A stretch of 59,628 nt of DNA, counting the filler, from Sphacelaria rigidula (lineage: Eukaryota): assembly GCA_964200075.2 (NCBI GenBank). It is 10 parts of 10 records of this genome, joined end to end, with 100 filler letters (N's around TTAATTAATTAA, not from the genome) between each part and the next. Parts side by side here need not be neighbours in the genome. Positions count along the whole stretch, not along the records: positions 47,785 to 53,656 come from CAXNAA020023826.1; positions 53,757 to 59,628 come from CAXNAA020023827.1; 8 more parts are not named here. The stretch is one strand, 5' to 3'. A program made the translations under genes and the position numbers. The notes under the pieces were generated by a model that made no database searches, was not told the origin of the DNA, and was given only the letters and a program-made list of their open reading frames with translations. Positions 50,251-59,628 of this stretch are shown here, in pieces. Within the stretch, counting starts at the first letter, position 1. Every line of letters starts with the position of its first letter.

Positions 50251-50657
50251 AGTGAAGACCAAGCAGATGGTGAACAGCGGAGAACATTGGGACGTGTGTC
50301 GGGTCCCGAAAGGTCGCTGATTGTCAACGACAACCATGAGCGCTCGCGGTCTTGGAGGTTCAGCCTCTGCAGTGCAGGTGGGCCTGTATGGGGACGTGGC
50401 GATGCTGTGTTGACGGCCTGTGTCGACGGCCCGCGTAACGCGGTGTGGGGCTATGGCCCGCCACAGCCCCACACCGCGTTGCGCGGGCCGTCGACACAGC
50501 ATTGCCACTTCCTCATACAGACCCAACTGCACTGCGGAGGCTGAACCTCCAAGACCGCGAGCGCTCCTGGTTGTCGTTGACAATCAGCGATCTTTCGGGA
50601 CCCTACACACGTCCCAATGTTTTCCGCTCTTCACCATCTGCTTGGTCTTCACTGACC
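50247..50657. repeat. ~200-bp-arm fold-back inverted repeat with a 2-nt loop
   Basis: 50247-50457 is the reverse complement of 50460-50657, with scattered mismatches and a short duplication in the left arm. Confidence 0.95.
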
Positions 50658-52330
50658 CCACCCCTAGGGAGTGTGGTAGTTCCTTTCCCACACCAGGGTG
50701 GCACTCTCCACGGCTACGCGTGCCGCGTACGGCACCTCCCCCGCCGACCCCGATGATTGGGTTCCGCCGCGCTCGCTCCGCCGCCAGGATGACGACGGTG
50801 CTGACGGTACTTTCCGTCGTGGTGGTGGTGGATTCTCCACCAACCGCCCCCGCAACAACCGTCGCAACAACCGTCGCAGCACTCGCGGTAACAACCGCAA
50901 GCGGGATGGGGGTTTGTCAAGCTCTTCGTCGAACCAATTCCGAAATCGCCCGGAACGGACACCGATTCCACCTTCGGCTGTCGCTAGGCAAGTTACACCC
51001 CACTTAGCAGACGTGTCTGGACGTCTCTTAGGTACTTCTGACAGTGACAGCCCAGACCATTCACTGTCTTCTACTTCGGCTAGATCTTTGGCTGCTGTGG
51101 CCGTTACCAAGCAACAAGCCGAGGCCCAGAAAGCTACCGTCGTTGCTCGGAAAGAGCCATCTCGCGTAGCAGCCATGAAGCGCGAACATCTGTTGATGGA
51201 TGTAAAAAAAACTTTGGCGTATCAAAACCATGCCTACTGCTGACGATGAAGTCTCTGGCCAATTTACCGCTGGTCTCATTCTCACCCATTCGCCCTACGA
51301 TGAAAAATATCCTTGAGCTGGCCGATACCACCGGACAACAACTCTTCGAGAGCCCCGATTGTACCGGTGGTTGGCAGACCTCATTGCAGAAAGCACTGCA
51401 TCGCTCCATCGGTCGCCGCTCGCCCGATGTCGCCGCTTCCTCGACTCAAATCGTCGACACTTTCGTCGCAGCGATGGATCCAGTTCGTGTCCACGGGAAA
51501 GGTGCGCCAACAATATTCGCTGATTTGGAGAGGCGTGATACCAGCAGCTACTTCGATACGAGTGATCAGGCAGGCGCAATCCAGCGTCTTAGTTCGTTTG
51601 CAGTAGCATCGAATATTCCTTCCTCAGAGTATTTCCGAGAGTTCAAGCTTTTGGTTTCTAGTACTGCTGGTACTGGCAGGCACAACGGGCCCAGCGATGC
51701 CATTTGTCAAACGTATGTCAGGAATAGCATCACCCAGCAGTTCCCCTCGTTGGTGCTGTCATTGTTTCCTGGTACTCTGGCACACAAAAAGGTGCTTTCC
51801 GCCTCAGTAGACGCCATGTGAACAGCGTTCGTAGATCAGGAAAATGATCTTACGCCTGCCATTCGTGGCACACCCTGTTCTTCCAGGTTTTCGCAGACCC
51901 TGCCTGCCCCCTCCGCGAACACCTCCGGGTTTCGTGGACGCATTCGGGCGTCGTCAGGTAACGCATGGACACCCAACTCTGTTGACGGGTCAGCCATGAA
52001 TGTTATGAGTAAGAAGGATCCGTTTCGTGCAAGCTTTGATGCTTGGCCTTACTCTGCAGACACTCAGGATGATGTATACATGGTTTCTACAACCGCCTTC
52101 ATCACCGATGACCCACACTTAGTTGTGGACTCCTTTGCTTTCGCCTTCGGCTCGAAAGGACGCTTTCCGCCGCCACGCTAACATAGGCATCAACTGCAAC
52201 GGTCATGGTCACAGTATGCGTGACTGCGCTGAAGCTTGTATATGACACTTTGCAGCTCATGAACCCTCAATAAACAGGACAACGAGTCAGCTTGGCGCAG
52301 ATGGCAACAATGCATGCGCGATTATCGCAC
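50460..52330 (+). mobile_element. Degenerate retrotransposon gag (probably Gypsy) with a zinc-knuckle remnant
   Basis: Consecutive ORFs 50698-51243, 51246-51821 and 51996-52181 lead to GINCNGHGHSMRDC at 52186-52227 (Cx2Cx4Hx4C with the first Cys changed tgc>ggc), then AWRRWQQCMRDYR. Confidence 0.65.
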
Positions 52331-53656
52331 ACCTAATCGCACTTCTCGCCAATACTCGAACACACGCGGCACCACTCGATCAAATCGCGACCACCGCTTC
52401 ATCACCGATGACAGTTCGAGTTCTCGCCGAAAATATAGGTTCTTCCGCCATCACCACAATTCCACTGATCGATATGGGGCCTCCTCGAGATAAGTCGAAC
52501 CCCAACGCCAGAAACCCTGGCTCATTCATGACAGATCGTACTGATCCATGACGCGCCGACGCCGGCGTTATAGAGTCTTCGGCGCCGCCGACGGCACACA
52601 CGAAGACCGCTACAAAACACTCTGCGGAACAAGTGACAGAAAAAATTCACTGAGGTTCCCCGACATTATCTAGGAATTCCAATGACGATCGTTCATATCG
52701 ACCCCCGTCTTCATCCCTACACACACAGCGTAACAGTTGCGTTGACTCACCACTCAGCTCTACGCTTGGACCTGGACTTGGTCCTCCGGAACTGAGAGTA
52801 AATCTGAGGTGTGGGAACACCAACCGCCCGTCCCCGAGGCAAAGGCTTCTCTCAGCGACCGCGGGTAAAGACAGTAGTACACTTCCTTCGACTGCTTCAC
52901 GCGTCGCTGGCCCAAAATTGACAACTTCGGATCACCCGACATCCACCCAGTTTGATCGAGCTCGTTCCTCGCGTTCCTTGTACAACGCGAAACTACCCCT
53001 GAATGGTTCACACAACAACCACTTCAATCTATATTCGGCTATGACTTCTCAATCAAGCTTGCGAGCGGACAGTCCACAAGTTTCGGCCGAGCATGCCCCG
53101 GTGCTGACCCCATCCACCCAACTGGACGCAGTTGTGGTTTCCCCAGATACCTTGGAAGTTCCCCGCCCTTTGTCACGGCGAGAGAGGAATCCCCGTCAAC
53201 GTGCCACCAAGGAAGCGCGCGCACAAACACGTACACCTCTCTCTAGCGGAAAACCTCGACTTTGAGCTCGACGGCTTCACCAGGCATCACCGAAGTATCC
53301 AAATCAGACGTTTCTGACGATTCTGCCTCTTCAAGGGATGACCCTAGTACCACACAGCACGAATTCCCTTCGATGCTGACCCTTGCATTCCCAAGACTGT
53401 CATCTACAAAATTGATCATGATGACAATCCAAGCCGTACTACACATAGGGATCCACCACCATCTACACCACCTGGAGACACATCTGACCTCCCTGCGGAT
53501 CATTCGCCGTCTGTTTTCGCCGACCCCGACCAATTCACCTTGGCTGAACATGGTCCCGACCTTGCAGGTGGTGAAGTGTCCACGGTTAGGACAAATCATC
53601 ACGACTCAAAATCACCAAATTCACGATTTCTTCGATCTGATTGCCCAAAAGGGAGA

Positions 53657-53756
53657 NNNNNNNNNNNNNNNNNNNNNNNNNNNNNNNNNNNNNNNNNNNN
53701 TTAATTAATTAANNNNNNNNNNNNNNNNNNNNNNNNNNNNNNNNNNNNNNNNNNNN
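53657..53756. other. Artificial contig linker
   Basis: 44 N + TTAATTAATTAA + 44 N. Confidence 0.99.
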
Positions 53757-56000
53757 CGAACGGCTCGCGGACGTCGCGGGCGGGGGTACTTTTTTTGCTT
53801 CTTTTTTCCCCTTCCCTCCCCCCTCCCCCCCCCCCCCCCCCCCGCGCGCGCTCCTCTGGTTGTCGTTCTATTGTGCTCTGAGGCATGTTGTGCAGCGTGC
53901 CCGATGCTGGAGGTTACTTTGGAGTGGGCAGGGGGTACTTTTACAGCAAGACTGTTGTGGACCGCGCTAATAGCTCCGTATGTTGTTTACTTTCTAGCCG
54001 TTGCTGAGGGCGTGACGATTGCGATTGTCAACCTGCTGTGTGTAGTGGCGAGCGCTTTTGTCAAAGGGGCCTTCTATCGCGTCCTGTTCGCGCGCTATGT
54101 GCCATGCCCGTGAGCTGTCAACGGTCGACGTGGTCTGTCGACCCACCGCGTCTTTTCCTCGTTCAATGTTGGTTATTTTGTGGCACCTGGTGTGTACGGG
54201 ATGGTATTTCCAAATATTTATTCCGCCATACTCTTTTGTTTGCACAAATGCAGCGGTTTGTGGGCTTTTGCGAGCGCGTAGCAAAAGAGCGGGAGTGATT
54301 TTTTGTGCGGAGCAAAAACGTCAGGTTAGTCGGCTTCCGTCTATACCCGCGTAATATCGGGTCTGAGAAATCCTCCCACACCGGTGCCCATCTTTTTCTG
54401 TCCCGAAATGGGAATTCTGCCGTGTGTTTGTCGGGCTTAACCGCTCACAACTTTGCCAATATCTAGAGTTACGCGCAACTATGCGTGTATTTCAAGAGCT
54501 TTTGTGAGACGATCTTCGTTGGGTGGAGACACACTAACAGTGTTCCACTGCAGTATTTAGTGTGTGTTGTCATACTCTTTCGTTATGGACGCCAATCTAC
54601 ACCTCTCGGTATATAGTATGGCATGCATGATCATGAGTACACCCCTTTCCCCCCCTTTCCCCCCGTGCACCCGCTCGCTGTTTTCGGACCATTTTTGCTG
54701 AAGTAGGCGTTCCTGGTAGATCGCCCCGCCAGCCAGCAACCTACGGTAGCCGTCCAATCGCGATGTTGGCAGATGGCGTCAGCGTGTTATTTTCAACGCC
54801 GGAGGAAGGGGAAGGTGTGTCCTGGAGAGCCGGAGAAACCGGCTGAATCCAGGAAAAAGCGGAGTCATTCTCCACCCCGATTTGTCACCGCTGTCCACCA
54901 GCGAAATCCGTAGCTAGGCGGAGTGCGGTGTTCCAATATACCCAACATGGCAGGACGTGCGCTGGAGGTCGAAGCAGAACGTTTAACCGTTCGGCCGCGT
55001 GTTTTTCTCCGCGCTGACGCCTCTTGGCGGCAGTGTCGTGCTTCTATCGAGTACCCGTAGCCTTGGCGAAGTTGTATCATTGCCGTTATTTTATCTCCGC
55101 TTCAGGGCGTATCCATTATGGTCTCCGTGACCAGTGGCGTAGGTTGTTCCTGTTGTTCCTGTATAATTATTGCCCCTCTCTTGGAGGTAGAGCGCGTCAT
55201 CACCGGAAGACGGCGAATCGAGAGCTTTTTTGCTGTTTTTTCTTTCGCGTATCATGACGCTTACATGCCACAAATAGGGTCACTAGTACGTGCGCTGCAG
55301 TAAACATGAGCTTTATTCATTGGTTGTATTGTGGCTAGAAAACATCACGGTTTTAGGATTGTTCTATGATAGGCTTGTTGGTGCTTTTCAACACCCTTGT
55401 ACCGTTCAAGCACTTGGAGAAACAAAATTAATACACTATTTTATTTTCGACCTTTCTGTCCGCTAGTACCATCTCACTCAGTGTTTTGTGAGCCCGTCAA
55501 GAGTCTCTGAGAGTTATTCGTAGGGCTGTTCTTCGTGCTGAGCGTCATGGCTGTATTTTCTAATTACACCGTGTCCCCTTTATTGACTATTTCGGTGATC
55601 AATCCGCCTCGTCGCCTGCTGACGTTGCGTGTTTGCATTCGCTGTATTACTTGTGACTGTCTGTTTGCTACTTTCTTCTCTGGAGCACGAAAGCTGAAAA
55701 CATAATGGACAGATATAATTGAAATGAAGCGTTACTCTCTTCTTCTCCCTTGTTTCCCCGCGTTTTTCTCGTGGAGAACGAAGGATATTGCCAGCAATCA
55801 ATGCAGTCACTCAACGCTCACCTGCGAAAAACACCTAAACCTGAGCCCTCCGACCTGCGGCGTTCCCCCGCAAGAGTACACGGTAGTGTCTAGGTAAAGG
55901 ATCACTGGACAGCTGTTGGCATGTTCGCTCGCTTTGCATCTGGAGTATTTTTGCATCAAACAATTGTTTACGAGCTGGGCCAGCCAAGTGTACGTGTGAA

Positions 56001-56581
56001 TCTCGCTCACGCGACGCACGGCGCGATATTGGGAGTTGGACGCTGAAATTTTGACAACAGCTTTTCATGATCAAAATGCAGAAGATCACGGGTCCAGCAA
56101 ATAAAAAAATAAAAATAAAAAACGTTATGGGGATTCGAAATTTCGGCCACAAGCCCAGGAAAAAAATTAGAGAATCTTCAGCTGGACTCGTGGAGTACAG
56201 GATCCTTGGGTGCAGAAGGTCTTCCCAAAATTTCAGCTCTAGACTCGTCGAATTGGGCCGTTCGTTCAACATTTTCCGTGACGCTGATGCACCCCGCTAA
56301 TAACCAGTGCGTGGTGATTGCTGACGTGAACCCTCCGCATTAACAAAAAAAAATAGGCGCTCCGACACGCTATCGCTCACCGCTATCAGACCCACCCTGT
56401 ACTCTATGCAGTAAAATGACGTCATCGGCGATACGACGCCAATCGAACAGTGGTGCAGTTCTTTGTCATCAGGTGGGTCAGCAGATCACAGTGATATGCT
56501 TACATCGGGTTCATTCGGGAAACTAGGGAAGCTGTGGTGTGAGCAAATTTTAGCAGCTCTTACGCTAGCCCAGCTCGTAGC
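56001..56581. repeat. Paralog of the 36556-37493 repeat, reverse orientation, lacking the MITE
   Basis: For example ggcgcgatatt...ctgaaattttgacaacagctttt and tgcagaaggtcttcc...cgtcgaattggg match the reverse complement of 37200-37480. Confidence 0.8.
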
Positions 56582-57885
56582 CATTTTCGGGAAAATCACA
56601 CCCCACCAAAAAAGGCCAAAACCCAACGACCAGAAGAGTGTACCACCCCTGCTGGTTGGCCCGCAGATCAGGAAGATTCAACGATGCGTGTAGGTCGCTT
56701 GTATGCCGGAGCTCACAAAGATCCAACGAGCATGGGTGAACATCTTGCCGACACACCAGCCCGAATGGCAACATGCAGCGAAAACATCGGACCGTTGCCG
56801 GATCTGCAATTTGCGGTTGGGAAACGGAGATGGAAATTGACCGGATTCCGGATTGGAGGAAGAATGCCTGCATCCAACGGCGTAGGCTGTACAATCGGGC
56901 TTCCTCCTCTGATCGTTGCCATTGAACCCATGTGCCTTCCAGACCAGCGCTCACGTACTCAAAACTGAGTGATTATCCACAGCAGCAAAGGTCAACACGC
57001 TACAGCGCCGCGGAACAATGACAATCCCCCCCACAAATGGTGCTATGCTGCAAGGCGGCGGCGACCATTCACCAAACAGTAAATTGTTCACCTTGGCCCA
57101 ACCCCGCAGAAAAGGAGATTCACGGGCTCTGATTGATGATACATTATGGAAGGATCATAGACGTGGAACAGGATGAAGTCGGGTGGGGGGAAAAAGTGAT
57201 CGCACGCTGTGCCGCGTCGTGTACACAGTCAGACGTCGACTATACCGCCGTTCATGTATTTTGTATTTTCGAACCCGGTTCACGCTGTGCGCATTCTAGA
57301 TGCGGCTATGTAGGACCAAGTCTACTAAATGTACCGTAGGCACAAGTTTGACCCTCACTGTACGACACAGACGCGCCTCACATGGGGTCAGATGAACGAT
57401 GCCATACCTGGGTTTCAGAACAGCCGTTTCATCACAGCGCAAGACGCCTTTTGTTCAAGAGCATGTAGATGTATTGGGCGGTGCGCCGGTCTCACATGCA
57501 GCTTTGAATATATTGAGTTTTGGTCTCGTGGGTTCAACAGCAACGATCAGAGGAAGAAGCCCGATTGTACAGCCCACGCCGTTGGATTCGGGCGTTCTTG
57601 CTCCAATCCGGAATCCGGGCGGTGTCCATCTCCGTTTCCCAGCCGCAAATTGCAGATCCAGCAACGGTCTGATGTTTTCGCCGCACGATGCCGTTCGGGC
57701 TGGTGTATCGCAAGATGTTCACCCATGTTCGTTGGATCTTCGTGAGCTCTGGCATACAAGCGACCTGTACGCATCGTTGGATCTTCCTGATCTCCGGGCC
57801 AACCAGCAGGGGTGGTACTGTACACTCTTTCTAGTCGGGTTTTGCCTTTTTTTGGTGGGGTGTGATTTTACCGAAAATGGTTACG
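56576..57885. mobile_element. Fold-back or MULE-like structure: ~360-bp inverted repeats around a ~600-bp spacer
   Basis: 56576-56932 and 57527-57885 are colinear reverse complements with moderate divergence; no TSD seen. Confidence 0.7.
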
Positions 57886-59628
57886 GTTGTGACTGCTCGG
57901 CGTATCTTGTGCTGAGACGGCGGTACTGTCACCACTTCACAAAAAAGGGGGTCAACAGTAGAGCAAAAAAGGGTACAATATAACTTTTCAGCAGAGGGCA
58001 GGGCGTACCCTCCTGTTTTGCTTACAAAAAAGGGTACTCTCACAGGCTCTCGCTTTCGGCGCCGTAGTTCAGCCCGGTAACACTCGTAAAAATGAAGAAC
58101 AATGGACGGGTATGCTGCCCAGGCACCTTGGGCGTGGGGCTGAGGCGCTGGAACGTGTTTTCGAGGTGTTTAGCCCGCGTGCAGCGCCGCCCCCCAAAGC
58201 GAAAAATGCGTTGACCCTTTTTTGTTCCAAAAGTACCGGGGTGTACTTTTTTTTGTATATTACCCTTCATTGTTCGTTAACGTCATCTTGGGCGAAGCGC
58301 AGATCACATCGGTGTTTCTGTTCAATATTTTAGAGACATTTTACAGCGGTTGTAACTCATCATCCGTCAATTGGAGACGGTCATGCTCTATAGCCCATCA
58401 TATGCTGATACTAGAGGGGTAGGCGTCCTTGGAAGAGGGGTCTCCACAACGGCACGGATACCTGGCGGTGCAGACTAGTCACCTCGCATTTGGCAGCCGG
58501 ATGGGAAAGGATGCGTATCACCGCGGAAGAGGGAAGCGTTTTTTGCATGATACGTATCCCGCCACGGCAATACCCGATGAAGTTGACACTGTGTGTTCTT
58601 AGCGGCAGGGCAACGAGTACTGTAGCACTGACTGTACGATGCGAACCACGCCTCTTCAGGGCTAGAATACCCGCAATCCGTCGGTGAAGAAAAAATAAAG
58701 TGCAATTCGCCCTCTGTCCTACTCTGGAACCAAGTGGAAACTCCGCAAAAGGGCGATCACGCGCCTGCCAGAGAAGGTAAGTATCTTCACGTGGGAGTAT
58801 GGCACCGAAGAGTATCCGGTTGATTCTGATAGAAAACTACAGCAACCGCCCCTGTCATTCTCAAACCGTCGTGGTACTCGCCACGCTTTGTCTGGTGCTG
58901 TGGGGGAGGAGACGTTGCCCCCTGCCCGAACACGCCCGCAGTCGTCCTCGGCAGAAGGCACTCTTCTCTTTGGCTACGTTTTGCGGGAGAGTCTTTCTCG
59001 ACACGGCGCATAAAACCCAAGGGCATCTGCCTCTAACATATGGGGAATCTTGAGTGATGATTATTTCCCGTCTTGGTACCAGCCTCGACCGACAAGGGGC
59101 CGATGTAAACAACAAGGATGGCAAGATCTACCCTGTCGCCGCGCGGATTTCCTATCTTTACCCTCTATAATTGTCATTAGAAAGTATTCTAGTTTTTGCA
59201 ATCACCACAGCATCATGCATAATCATCCTTTCAAGCTACGAAGCGCACAAGATGCCTTGGGTCGCCGAAACTGCTGCGCCAACACCTACCTGCGGCTTCA
59301 ATCCACACGTAAGCCAACTTTCAGCATCATCAGACGCCAGATGTGCTGTGTTGGCATACCTAATCTCCAAAAATACCGCGTACATATTGTTAAAAGGAAT
59401 AACGCTGATTACGAGCCTCCGTTCCCCGTCCTCCGACAAAGGTCATGACCGGTCTTGTCGGTACGGCGTGGGGAGGGTCTTTTCGGCGGGTGTAGGGCCG
59501 GAATCACCTTTAATGAGTGATTCATTCTCACTACCACCCTGTGTGGTACTAGAGTTGGGTCAGTAAAATATGTCAACACCCTGAATGCTGGCATATCCTG
59601 GGCTACAAGCAGTGTAATGAGTCTACAC

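Noticed and set aside
49435..50583. 382-aa ORF as a novel protein
   Set aside because: It is a chimera of the inverted-repeat arm, the Gypsy integrase tail and a frameshifted end.
53895..54113. Possible exon (hydrophobic frame, or VPDAGGYFGVGRGYFYSK frame)
   Set aside because: Two frames are equally plausible and no motif is recognisable.

Overview
This window is not one locus. It is ten unrelated eukaryotic draft-assembly contigs (eight of 5873 bp, then two of 5872 bp, i.e. sorted by size) joined by identical 100-nt linkers (44 N + TTAATTAATTAA + 44 N), so nothing can be inferred from neighbourhood across linkers. The DNA is intron-rich, moderately GC-rich and transposon-dense. A brown alga or related stramenopile is my inference from gene style, the signal-peptide-bearing UFD1 and the TE types; it is not proven. 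Host genes are partial and spliced: a secreted or membrane Kelch-repeat gene (2 exons), a Zn(II)2Cys6 exon, a 6-exon UFD1-like gene with an N-terminal targeting leader (candidate SELMA sUfd1) and a large exon for a single-pass membrane protein. Mobile DNA includes a degenerate Ty1/Copia; two Ty3/Gypsy remnants whose integrases carry a chromodomain plus a conserved, possibly Tudor-like, extension; an intron-containing FAR1/MULE transposase pseudogene behind a 111-bp coding-type repeat; a 1.8-kb hAT-like element with a 5-bp TSD; three MITE families sharing a position-fixed TIR core and 4-bp TSDs (Sola-like); a tRNA-derived SINE in 4 copies; and several long inverted repeats. No CRISPR, rRNA or bona fide tRNA was found. 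All identities are judged by eye.
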